A stretch of 58,375 bases of DNA, counting the filler, from Sphacelaria rigidula (lineage: Eukaryota): the NCBI GenBank assembly GCA_964200075.2. It is 8 parts of 8 records of this genome, joined end to end, with 100 filler letters (N's around TTAATTAATTAA, not from the genome) between each part and the next. Parts side by side here need not be neighbours in the genome. Positions count along the whole stretch, not along the records: positions 1 to 7,210 come from CAXNAA020015951.1; positions 7,311 to 14,520 come from CAXNAA020015952.1; 6 more parts are not named here. One strand, 5' to 3'. The position numbers and the translations under genes were made by a program. Shown here one piece after another: positions 1-10,457 of this stretch (the first letter of the stretch is position 1; each line of letters opens with the position of its first letter). A model generated the notes under the pieces. That model was not told the DNA's origin and searched no databases. It worked only from the letters and a program-made list of their open reading frames with translations.

Positions 1-92
1 TCTCTTTCTCGTTTTCCTCTTTGTAATGGCGTTTTTTTTGTGTTTTTTTTTTCCTCTACAAACTACCCCCCCCCCCCCCCCCCCCCTCCCCC

Positions 93-196
93 ACGTAATG
101 AGTGCCGCAATGTTGGAGGTGTCTCTATCAGGAGTAGGAACGGTGTTCTGTCTCGAAAGGGATGCAAACGACTAAGGCAAGCAACAAATGAGTACG
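93..196 (+). mobile_element. C-tract-associated short element, copy 1
   Basis: Shares the core TCTCGAAAGGGATGC...ACGACTAAGGCAAGCAACAAATGAGTACG with the other copies. Flanked on both sides by CCCCCCCTCCCCC (80-92 and 199-211). Confidence 0.75.
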
Positions 197-337
197 CGCC
201 CCCCCTCCCCCGCGCCGCTCGTTTCATCCGTCTTATCTTCTCTTTGCCTCTCCGCCTCTATTTGCCACCTCTTTGGTGCTGTCTTCATTCCTCCCGCCAA
301 ACACCTTCCGTACCCTCGCTCCCTGTCCCTGTTACAG

Positions 338-502
338 GATGACGGCAGCGTGCAGGTAAGCGTCCAAGGCGCGATAGTGTTCGGCTTGGCCGTCGTGTTT
401 TTCGAGCTGTGCACCTCCAAATACATCATGTGGGCACACGCCAAGGTGTTCAGTCGGATGGGAGTCGAGGGGGGCTTGAAGGGTGTCGGCAGGGTGCTGG
501 AG
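338..502 (+). CDS. Internal exon of a multi-exon membrane protein gene (DDGSVQVSVQGAIVFGLAVVFFELCTSKY...GRVLE)
   Basis: Pyrimidine tract plus ACAG acceptor, GAG|GTGAGC donor, 165 nt, phase 0/0, open frame with a hydrophobic helix. Confidence 0.7.
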
Positions 503-1060
503 GTGAGCGCTGTGCGTTCGTGGGTGGACTAGTGCCCTAGTGCTTGCTCGTATTTTTTTATGGGGTGCGATTTGAGCGTGGCGCAACTCCGTCGGGTTCT
601 TGGAGAATAACGGCATGTACATGTACAGTAGGAGAGCAGGAGACCCCCCCCGCTTTCTTGTGTTTTCAGTTATATCTCCCCCCCTTCCTCAGGATGAGTT
701 CGTGGTCTCAAGGGATCAGTCTGTTGTATCTCTATACCTGGTACGGGTCGAATCAGTGCTCTTTCGCCTTGGGATTTATTCTCACGGGTCGAATCAGTGC
801 TCTTTCCCTCTTGCACCGCGTGGACTGTCCACTGAGAAACTCAGCCAAACGGACTTGTTTTTTTCCGCCTCACGTATTTTGTCACGCTTTCAACGATGGA
901 GATCAGATAATACTTCTAAGGCAAAAACATGAAAATAATTGATATATATATATATATATATACATCAAGAGGCCACATTCCATACGAATATATGTATCAC
1001 CTGGAGATTCGCCATTTAATTCGTCATCTATCGTCCTCATGCGGCTCCCGTCCCTTACAG

Positions 1061-1183
1061 CAATTATGGGTGGAGCCGCGGCACTACATGGGCCAGGAAA
1101 CATCAGCGATCAGCGTGAAAGACCTACTCGCTGCCGCTCCCGGAAAGAAGGGACCCACACTTACGGAGTTGACATCTGGGGAG
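1061..1183 (+). CDS. Internal exon of the same gene (QLWVEPRHYMGQETS...LTSGE)
   Basis: TCCCTTACAG acceptor, GAG|GTGTGT donor, 123 nt, phase-compatible with the previous exon. Confidence 0.65.
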
Positions 1184-1599
1184 GTGTGTGTGTGTATGAG
1201 GGAGAGAGAGAGAGGGAGAGAGTTTTGGGGAATAAGAGGAGAAAGGAGAGACGAAGATGGGGAGACACATCCTCGTTTTAATGGCTGGTGATTCTGCTCT
1301 CGGAACACTGTTTCCGGAATGCTTTTTTCGGAAACTTTTTTTTCTTTTTCGAGTTTTATTTATTTTATTCTTTTCCTCTGAGGAAAAATGCAAAATTAAT
1401 TTATTCCCCGATCCAATCAGGGTTCAAACGCGTCCGATGATTCTGATGAGTTAGTTGTCAAACCTGTCATATGCTCTCATATGGGTCATATTGTGAGCCC
1501 CTCTTTCCGAACCTGAAAATGATGATGCCAACGGACAGTGAGAGAGAATCATCCTGTATGACTTGAACACGTTGGATATCGCGCCTTGTCACTTTTTGA

Positions 1600-2070
1600 C
1601 ATCCCGGACAATATGTGGTCAAAAGTTGCGGTAGAAAAAAAATTGTGCTGCGTAAAGTACAGGTCTAATGCAATGATTGTTGTATCAATAGTTGCGATAT
1701 GTGATTTTTTCAAGGGTCGGACAAATAATGATTCGCCTGGGAATTACTTGGTTCTAGTGTAATCGATTCGAATCGTACGAATCAATCCCTAGCCTTTGTT
1801 TTCAGAGTTGCAACCCAGGTACACGCAGCCGAAACACGTGAAATGGCGCAACAGTTGCGTGGGTACCCCTTGGACCAGCGGTCAACTTTTTTTCCCCTTT
1901 CGGGCAATCAGGCCGAAGAAATCGTGGATTTGGTGATTCGTAGTCGTGATAATTCGCCCTAACCGTGATTTTTTTTCTATCGATCAATAGGTGCAACAGG
2001 CCTATACTTAACGCAGTACATTTTTCGTCTACTGCAACTGTTGACCATACAGTATATTGTGCGGGGTGTG
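1600..2070. mobile_element. MITE-like element with CA..TG ends and long imperfect inverted repeats
   Basis: 1600-1690 is inversely similar to 1980-2070 (GACAATATGTGGTCAA...GTGCTGCGTAAAGTACAGGTCT). Confidence 0.55.
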
Positions 2071-2077
2071 AAGCAGT

Positions 2078-2255
2078 CACACTCTGGGCAATATGTGGTC
2101 AATATTTGTAAAAGACAAAAATGTACTGCATATAAAGTATAGGTCTAATGTACTACCTACTGCCGCACTGCAATAGGTGCAATATGCCTATACTTTACTC
2201 AGCACATTCGTTTCTTGCCTATTGCAACTATTGATCATACGTTTTTCAGGGTGTG
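2078..2255. mobile_element. Foldback MITE, CACAC..GTGTG family
   Basis: Left arm resembles 1600-1670 and is imperfectly self-complementary. Confidence 0.55.
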
Positions 2256-2354
2256 CACTTCGTGGAAATTGTACTGTGATGTTCGCTATAATAGCATCAG
2301 CGTCATGTGGTCCGGTACAGAAAAGTGTGTGCTTCGTGTTTCTGTGTTTTTCCC

Positions 2355-2492
2355 CACACTGGATAATGGCAATATAATAAATTGGTACAAAGTGTGCTGC
2401 GTACAATGTCGACTATTGCGTCTATTGCATTAGACAAGATATTCCACAGTGTACGTTTTTGACAGTGTAATCTACTGCCATTGTCCAGTGTG
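2355..2492. mobile_element. About 140-bp palindromic MITE, CACA..TGTG family
   Basis: Termini CACACTGGATAATGGCA and TGCCATTGTCCAGTGTG. Internal similarity to 3605, 37624 and 41741. Confidence 0.6.
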
Positions 2493-2726
2493 TGTGTGTG
2501 TGTGTGCGCGCTTTCATGTTTCGTTGCGTTGGTGTACCCTGCATTTGGTCTAACGTTGTCATCCCCCGGCGGTGGGATTTGTGCACGCAGGGAACTTCGC
2601 GGGCCGAAGTGAACTTCCGTGCCCGCAGCCGGAATTCTGACTCCGCGTCGTCCATACAGTGAGTTAGTTATATGCGCTGTATTTCTCATACCGTTGTGTG
2701 CTTTTTCTACTCTGCTTTTGTTGCAG

Positions 2727-2761
2727 GAATTGTTCAAGTCCCTCTCTTTCCTATGCGTTGA
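2727..2761 (+). CDS. Candidate 35-nt micro-exon (ELFKSLSFLCV)
   Basis: TTTTGTTGCAG acceptor and GA|GTAATC donor. Supplies the phase 0 to phase 2 change needed to join 1183 to 3180. Confidence 0.45.
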
Positions 2762-2790
2762 GTAATCAAGTCCTTGTTGTTGCTGTTGTT

Positions 2791-2796
2791 GATGAT

Positions 2797-2847
<51 letters not shown>
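2791..2847. repeat. (ATG)n microsatellite
   Basis: Direct reading of the sequence. Confidence 0.95.
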
Positions 2848-3179
2848 TCGCTTTTTACGACCCGAAAAAAATACTCTGCAACCAAATATACTTCTTCTCT
2901 TTTTCCCGACAACTTTTCTCGAAGGAAACGGTGTCCGGAATGTTCTCCAGATACAGTTTTTTTTTTTTCCTTTCAAAGGGACCATTGGGAGCGCGTTTGA
3001 TGTACATTTCAGCACATACCTTGGTGCATTGAATTGGCCATGAACATTCCCATTGCGTATTAGCGTGTGTGTGTGTGCGTGCGTATGTTTGTTGTGCCTT
3101 ATTCACCCATCCCTCCCCATCCCTTCCCATCCCCCCTTGATTTATCACGTCGTCTCCCCTCCCTGTCTCATAAAAACAG

Positions 3180-3513
3180 CACGAGCAACAGGGACGGTAA
3201 CGCGAGCTCTCGTGACAACATCGCCGGCAGCAGCAGGAGTGATATGAGCAACGGCAGTCACAACAACAAGAGCAGTAGCAGCAGCACCCGTCGGGAGGAA
3301 AACGGCCGTCAGCTCCCGCAGGAGGACAGCTCGCCGTGTCCTGCAAACGGGCCGGAATGCGACGGGTGCGCGGAGTGCGATGACTTGAGGCTGCCTCCCT
3401 CAGCCGTGAAGAGCTGCGAGATGGGTGGGGATCCCTTCGTGTTCAAGACGGTCAGGCCGCCGCAGTGGATGGTGACCGCTGCTCCTAAACTGTTTAAGGG
3501 AGTGGAGTGGAAG
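3180..3513 (+). CDS. Exon of the same gene (Ser/Asn-rich loop, ...PKLFKGVEWK); may instead run to the stop at 3591
   Basis: AACAG acceptor, open frame of ORF 3067-3591, in-frame AAG|GTGGGT donor. Confidence 0.6.
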
Positions 3514-3604
3514 GTGGGTGGACCATACACGAGATTTCTCCCACCACCGAAACTTCCTGACCCTTTTTTGACCGTCCAGGGGATGTTGTAGCATCTGTTA
3601 GATT

Positions 3605-3747
3605 CACAACCTGGGCAACAGATTACATTTTCGAAAAATGTACTGCGTACAGTATGGGATCAGTTGGTTACTGCAATAGACGCAATAGTCGATACTGTAT
3701 GCATTATACTTTTGACAGCGTAGTCTATTGTCGTTATCCAGGATGTG
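3605..3747. mobile_element. About 140-bp palindromic MITE, CACA..TGTG family
   Basis: Core AATGTACTGCGTACAGTAT...CAATAGACGCAATAGTCGATACTGTATGCA is shared with 2355, 37624 and 41741. Confidence 0.6.
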
Positions 3748-4379
3748 GTTGGATTTCGGCATTGTTATTGGTTGATTGTTCGTGTTTTTTTGTATTTAAG
3801 TTAGTCTGAAGTCTCGGAAAAACACGATGAGGATTTTTTATGTCTTGTAAGGCATAACAGGGACGGTATTGGGACGACGGACCTACGTCTGTGAACACGG
3901 GTTAGAGATATTCGACTAATGTGCGGAAGTAATAGTAATGATGACAATTTCGCTTGGAGAAGTTGACTCTCAGACTCGGGCGTCCCCGTCTGCGGGGGTC
4001 AAAAGTGGTATGAGAGGCGTACAAAACTAATGGGTACTTATACAGCAGGACTGTCGGGTTTGGGTAGTAGTACCCGGCAAATACCCCGGGTATACAAAAC
4101 AAATGATATCCCACCAAACACAGCACCTTGAAATATTGGATCTGCTATATTTTGCAGACCCCCGGTCAAGAGCTGGAAAGTTCGGGAGTAACCTAACCTG
4201 AAAGGCAGGATTTCTTTTGGTAGTAGGGGACACTCTTGACAGTGTCGACCTGCAGATGGTGATGGTTCTTGGTTTTCCCACGATGAAAAAAAAACATGCC
4301 CACCAACATAAACACCGTTCTGTAGGTTGCATAAGATATCGCACTCGCTTGATATCATTTTCGGGAGTAAATAAATGAT

Positions 4380-4950
4380 CACACTAGTGTGATACTGACT
4401 GTGTATGGGGTGTGATATCTTGCGTCATTGGTGTGAAGTGCCGTCCACAGTACCCCGCATGCAGGGGTGTCATCGTAATAGGGTGTGATAATGTCGCCCA
4501 TGGGATGAAGGGCGCTACGAGGATATCCCCGAAGGGACTGTGATGGTAATGAGGTGTGATGGATAGACTTTCCCTCCCAGTGAGTTGAAACACCACTCCA
4601 TAAAAAAGGGACTCTATGAACCATGAAGCCGCAGATGGAGTCTGAAGCACTGTAGTATAGGGCGCGGAGCTCTCTGCAGGGGTGTGTTCTGTATCCCTTC
4701 CATGATATTGTCGGTCTCCGCAGCTGTACCATCGCTTGTGCACGTTGTAACGGTGTGATAATCCGGGGCGCCGTAGATGATACGTGACTCAACCCAGGGG
4801 GTGTGATATCACATGTCACCGTGTGATGAATTGGCGTTTTGTTCGGGATTCAAAAAAAATATAGCACACGGGTGTGGTCTGGTGTACTGTAGTGTAATTT
4901 TTCGAAGGGGGGTATGATATCTTACGAGAGTGTGATATCCTATGCAACCT
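4380..4950. repeat. Degenerate array of GGTGTGATA motifs (subterminal-repeat-like)
   Basis: About ten GTGTGATA/GTGTGATG occurrences at irregular spacing. Confidence 0.45.
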
Positions 4951-5506
4951 ACGGTACTCGGATGGAAATAAAACAACCGAGCAGCGACATCGGAGTAAAC
5001 CATCAAACAATCGCAAAAAAGAGGACATTTTTGTCAAGACATTACCGGTGGTCATGATGTCCTGTGGCTCGGGTGGCTCGGTCGGTCGTCTCGCAAAACC
5101 TTCTGATGGCTGAGCACTTGGGCGTTAGCCGACAATACTGCTCCGGAAAGAGGCGTGCCATCCAAAGAGCATGTGAGAAGCGTTTTCTGAGGTATTGAAA
5201 AGGCAACAAAAATGCCAGATTTGAAACAAGAGCGATTGGAAATACACACACAGTCCTTCCCCCCCATCCCCATCTCACGTCCGCTGATATCACGCTCGTC
5301 TTGTTGTTATGGTTGTGGTTGTGGTTGTGGTTGTATTTTATTGTTGTTGTTTCTGTTCCTGACCTTCTTTTCTTTTTTGTCCGTCCGCTTGTGTGTCTCC
5401 TCGCATGATGATGGTGATGGCGGTGGTTGTCGTGACAATGGCGGTGATTTTGCTCCGAATATATATATATATATATATACATGTGTGTGTATCATACATC
5501 GAGCAG

Positions 5507-5610
5507 ATTGGATCGTACGACTGGTTTGCAGCTCTCCTGAAGATGTGCGTGCTGCAGAGGTGCTACTACACGGCATTCTACTTCTCTTACGGCATTGGCA
5601 GAGCCACAGA
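5507..5610 (+). CDS. Exon IGSYDWFAALLKMCVLQRCYYTAFYFSYGIGRAT (transmembrane)
   Basis: GCAG acceptor, GA|GTGAGT donor, phase 0/2, compatible with the exon at 6570. Confidence 0.6.
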
Positions 5611-6569
5611 GTGAGTCCACTCGATGAGCATCAACATGGCGATATACTTTGCAGTATAGTACCGTCACCCCCGTTCCTTACCCGAGATAAAAGCGCTCAT
5701 CGAGCACTTTCTTCTGAGACTCCAAAAAGCAAGAACAAACACGAACTTCGAACAAGAAACAGAGGAAGAGAAAAGCGAAGAAAACAGATGGGAAAAAAAA
5801 CCTTTCCCCGAGCTGATCTGACTGGTCGCCGTGTGGAAAAACGAGCAAATCAGATTTGCCAACACAGTTAAGAAACTATATGGACACAAGGGGGAGTCGA
5901 ACGACATCCATTCCCAGATGCCCATAGATAATTACGAATATAAACGATGTTTTCAGGAAACCGGCAGGAGCATTTGCAATTATACTTTGGATGTATATAT
6001 GTAGCGGGAAAAACGTGTGTATATATGTAGCGGGAAAAATGAACAAATTCCGCAGTTATTGTGTCATCGCCGTAATTTTGCCGTACCGTGTTTGCTTGTT
6101 TATCGTGTTCCACAGATACAGCAAGGTATGGTTTGATTGTTTCATGCATGTGGTTGTTTTGTGGTCGTGACATCAATATAGTTTTGTGTCGTGCTCTTCG
6201 CGACTGTTGGCTGCTTCAGTACGTTCCGGGACTGCTTGACTGTTTTCATTCGAGCGAGCCGTCGTTTTTTCGTTTCGTTGGTTTTGTTTGGTTTTTTGTT
6301 CACTCCTTTTAATTTACGATCTACTGTACAGTAGACAGTTGTCGTTCGTGTCTTGTTCTTTCTATCTTTTCCCTTTGTTTGTTTGTTTCCTTATATACAT
6401 ATCTATACTGCGTGCGTTTTATGCGTTTTGTATTGTCGATATCCTCATCTCGTCTTTTATTTTTATTTATGTTTTATATTTCATATTTGGTCTCTTTCTC
6501 GTCTTGCTCATGTGTCGTTCCGTCGTCGCTTCGCCTTTTGTTTCTTTTGTTTGTTTTTGTGCCGCTCAG

Positions 6570-6693
6570 ATCTGATGTGGGCGAGGCCATCATGTGGATA
6601 GTTCTCGTTCCTCTTCCATTGCTCATCAGTCTTGCCCCCCTGGCCAAGCGCACACTACCGATCTACACCCAACTGGCATGCCTGCAGGGACAG
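6570..6693 (+). CDS. Exon SDVGEAIMWIVLVPLPLLISLAPLAKRTLPIYTQLACLQGQ (transmembrane)
   Basis: Long pyrimidine tract plus CTCAG acceptor, CAG|GTGAAA donor, phase 2/0. Confidence 0.65.
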
Positions 6694-7040
6694 GTGAAAA
6701 AACGCAAGCATCGATCAATAAATGAAGAAACATGGAGGAGTAGAAAAACACGGAAAAAATGAAAAACAAAAAAAAACATGGAAAAAATAAAAACAAAACA
6801 CGGGAAGTACATGAACACGAAACAAAAATGGAAAACAAAAAACATGGATATTATGCAAGTACGAAAAATTGCAGCGATGACATACGAGTCCACCTCGGTG
6901 ATTCCAAACTCATGGATCGCTTTAACCCTTTGGCGGCGAGAGGTCATGTGTTACTGGGCATCAATTTCATCCGAAAATCGTATGCATGATCCAAGCGGGG
7001 GGATAAGACATGTAGAAGGTTTTCTGTGTTGTATGAAAGA

Positions 7041-7156
7041 AACGTAGTGCGCGCCAAAATTTGGATGTGTCGCTATCATGAGTAGGAAGGGTGCTCCTTC
7101 TCGAAAGATATGCTTGGTCAATGGTCGAACGGCTAAGGCAAGCAACAACGAGCACG
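7041..7156 (+). mobile_element. C-tract-associated short element, copy 2 (long, diverged)
   Basis: Aligns with copy 1 along its whole length and is followed by about 31 C. Confidence 0.75.
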
Positions 7157-7187
<31 letters not shown>

Positions 7188-7210
7188 ACGCCCACAGAAG
7201 CGACACTCAG

Positions 7211-7310
7211 NNNNNNNNNNNNNNNNNNNNNNNNNNNNNNNNNNNNNNNNNNNNTTAATTAATTAANNNNNNNNNNNNNNNNNNNNNNNNNNNNNNNNNN
7301 NNNNNNNNNN
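7211..7310. other. Assembly linker (44 N + TTAATTAATTAA + 44 N); also at 14521, 21831, 29140, 36449, 43758 and 51067
   Basis: Identical 100-bp structure recurring every 7309-7310 bp. TTAATTAATTAA gives stops in all six frames. Confidence 0.97.
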
Positions 7311-7745
7311 AGTGTTCTTTCTCGGTCGTCAGTGCAGTGTGTGGAACACCCCTGCCAGCTATGCCCACGCTACCACTCATACGCTTCGAAAGTGCACTGA
7401 CGGAGATGTCAAAGGTCGTAGCTGCAGCACGGAAGCTAGGACGACCGCTGTGTACCGCTTATACGGCCTGTGCTGCACGTTCTGCTCTCTGCATGCTTAG
7501 CAGCCGATCGACCCAAAAGCTGATTTTGGAGGATGAAACATACCCGCTTACTCGCAGTGCTGTAAGACTACGTAATCGGATGCTTGAGACACATACAATA
7601 GCTCAAACAAAGCGCCGTGGTCTTGTGCACACGCAGAAAAAAACAGAACGGAAAACGGTTAATATTTAGCGGAGATATGAACGATTAAAAAAACTTGTAT
7701 CTTAATTGGCTCTGTATCTTAATTGGTACATTTCCTCTATACTCG

Positions 7746-7957
7746 TAGCTATCGACAACTACTGCTACACGCCATACATATTTGTATCTCGATAACCGAA
7801 ATGTTGGGGTCCTCGATGAAAAACCAATGTCGGGGATTTTCGGCGATCCGATCGGATCGCCTCAATTCTTCCTCAAAGTTGTTTCTTTATCGAGGACCCC
7901 AACATTTCGGTTATCGAAATCCAAATTTGTACGACGTGTAGCAGTTGTCGATAGCTA
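7746..7957. mobile_element. Foldback MITE with about 70-bp inverted repeats and a central palindrome
   Basis: TAGCTATCGACAACT...TCGATAACCGAAATGTTGGGGTCCTCGAT is mirrored at 7889-7957. Central GGCGATCCGATCGGATCGCC. Confidence 0.8.
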
Positions 7958-8084
7958 TCAGTAGGTGAAGGAAGAGAACCATATTTCGAACATTTGCTGT
8001 GGATACGAATGTTTCAATCCTCCGTGTTCTCATCCTCAATGGAAATCTCCATCCTCAACTTCGATGATCGGCTGTTTTCATGGT

Positions 8085-9215
8085 ATTCCTCCCATCCGGC
8101 CGTGGCTTTACTCGACATCCATCTCGCGGAGGTCTCTGCTCTCACTGTTATAGCCTCTTTTACTAGTCTTCCGCATCCCACCATTTACTGCTCTGTTGCA
8201 TACGATCAGTTCCTTTGCTATGACTTTACTCGCTGTGTTCTTGACCAACTGCTCCCATCCCTCTAGGATCTGCGGTCCTGCCCGATTGATTTCCAATCCA
8301 GTATCAACTGTACCTGCGCATTTCAACAGCTCGGAAAAACTCACTGCATTCTTGGCCATCTCACTCTTGCCGTATTTCTCCGATACCATCTAGTTTATCG
8401 GTTCTCCATTCGTACAACTTCCTACCCCGCCTATTTCTTTCAGCTCTCGTCTGTTGGCTTCAGGTTCATGTTCGGCAATGAGCTGTGGTTCCCACGTCCT
8501 CCGCGCGAACATGTACTTTCAATTCTTTACTATTTCCACGCTCTACCACTAATTAGTCAAGAACGGAGCATTCTCTCTGGTCTTTGCGGTTTCTAGTCCG
8601 TGTTCGTTGCGCCTTTTGGCGTTCATGCTCCACCGTGCAGCGTCTTCATCTCGTTTTGCGCAAGTAACGTGAGCATTTCTACCCCATTCGTGTTCTTCCT
8701 ATCTTCCCCGTATCGCCCAGTGATATCATCCGGTTTACCTGCTTTTCCTACCCTTGCATTAAAATCTCCCACTAACATTACTTCTCCTTGCACTTTGCAC
8801 GTTATCTACATCTGCTGCTATATCTCCAAACCTCCGCTGTGTATCGTTTACCCCACTCTTCGATTCTGGGGGCATGCAGATGTTCCCCACGAAGAAGTCC
8901 TTCGTTCCCCGCTCTACTGGTACCCTTATTCATATGCTCTCGTCGAATTTCGTGTCGTCGATCACTTCTATGCTGTCGCACAGGTATTTCCTGACTAACA
9001 ATCCTGCTCCTCCCGCTCACCTGCTGTTGAGCTTCTGTCCCTTCCGCTTTTCTCCCCTCCATGCGTAATCTCCAACTTTGCATCCTACTTTTGCCTCCTC
9101 TTTCTCTCGTGACTCTTGGATTCCTACTATATTTAGGTCGCGTTCACTTACTTGTTGGACCATCTCTATTCTTTTGCGCTTCTCTGCGACGAATCCACAC
9201 ATGTTTCACCATACT
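8085..9215 (-). mobile_element. Degenerate LINE ORF2 fragment (APE endonuclease plus linker)
   Basis: Motifs NMCGF, IVGIQES, GGAGLLV, VMLVGDFNARVGK (about 8745-8785) and NTNGVEML in order, broken by frameshifts and stops. Confidence 0.8.
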
Positions 9216-9583
9216 ATTCTCAAGTTCCTTCCGAATCATTACCTGATTTCGTGTTGTGTAATGTTCTGTCTCCGTCGCTTTTACTTCCCCTTACTTTTCC
9301 TTGCTCAATGGTTCTCCCCGTTTCCGCGTTGGCCTTTGTCTACTTGCTGCGGGCCGCTGCGTCTCCTCCCCTTTCCCTCGTGGGCACTTACACGTTTCTG
9401 CCTCTATTCCCCTCCGTTTAGCGTCGGGAACCAAAGTACATCCCCACCAAGGCGTTGCTCTGCTCTCACATATATGTCCGCAGCTCGTTTTTATTATGAG
9501 ATGAAAGTCTCCAAGCAATTCAAACCTCAGAAATATTATGTGCACCCCTACTGTTGTGTGTGTGTGTGTGTGTTTGTTTTGCC

Positions 9584-9931
9584 GGTCGCCCCGATGGCTC
9601 AGTTGGTAACCTCGTAACCTTTTGATGGTTGACTGGTGGGGTTCAACTCCTGGAGCGATCTAGGAGTTTTTCTCACAACATGCCCAACAATGGAGAGTGT
9701 CTATGTCGTGGGTAGACAAAATTCGACTAAACGGTCGACGAGGGAAAGAGACTGCTGAACCCCTCTCGCGATGGAAAATAAAGGCAAGCACCGCAGAAGG
9801 AAGGTGGGGCACTTGAAACAAACAAAAAAGGAAAAACTCCTGTGTTTACCTTCCTCCTGTGTGACCCCGGCTGGTGCGCCCACATATACCGAAAGGTCCA
9901 GACTGGCGCCCAGAATAGATGGGACGACAAC

Positions 9932-9968
<37 letters not shown>
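9584..9968 (+). mobile_element. tRNA-derived SINE with (CAA)n tail
   Basis: A box TGGCTCAGTTGG (9595), B box GGTTCAACTCC (9640), about 280-bp body, microsatellite tail. A diverged second copy lies at 37385-37623. Confidence 0.75.
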
Positions 9969-9969
<1 letters not shown>

Positions 9970-10089
9970 ACCTCTAACCTCCGAAAATATTTGTACATCC
10001 CTACCGTAGCATCACTCAGCATGACTCACTCACGCGCTGCGAGTAAGTTGCAGAATCAGACGGCGACGCGGCACATTCATGCCCCCGAG

Positions 10090-10172
10090 GCCCCGCGGTG
10101 GTCTACTGATCCGACTGTCACCATTAGGGCGGAAAGAACGTGGATTTGATCCGCGACGCGTTGAGTTTTTTT
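10090..10172 (+). mobile_element. Degenerate tRNA(Asp)-like SINE head
   Basis: CTGTCACCAT...AGAACGTGGATTTGATCC followed by a T run. Similar to 31408-31483 on the minus strand. Confidence 0.45.
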
Positions 10173-10457
10173 TATCAAGTATCTGATGATTTCCACAGTG
10201 GAAAGTGGGAGGACCTGAGCAGACCAAACATGCTCGATTCTGTGTTTGAAAAGAGTCGAGGTTTCGTGCAGAAGCGGATGCGAATTTTCCAGATCTGAAT
10301 TGCAGTCGAAGTATCTTGAAGCCATTTCGGAACAGATGTGATGTGATAGTGTGCGTGAGTCAGCCGAGAGCCTCAGTGTGTAGGAAGCAGCCGAAATACA
10401 AGGGCAAGTGCAAGCACGACTAAGCGGCAGTAGTGGGGTGTGGAGTAAGCCCGAGGT

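Noticed and set aside
1440-1470. Hammerhead ribozyme core CTGATGAG
   Set aside because: No matching GAAA core or flanking helices were found.
5212-6860. Long Phe/Lys-rich ORFs (also 13332-14054)
   Set aside because: They arise from low-complexity T-rich or A-rich intronic sequence, apart from the short exons called.
7255-7266. Periodic TTAATTAATTAA as a biological repeat
   Set aside because: Always centred in N runs. It is an artificial six-frame-stop linker.
9584-9660. Functional tRNA gene (also 31408-31483)
   Set aside because: A and B boxes are present but the cloverleaf is incomplete, and at 9584 the sequence continues into a repeat body and tail.
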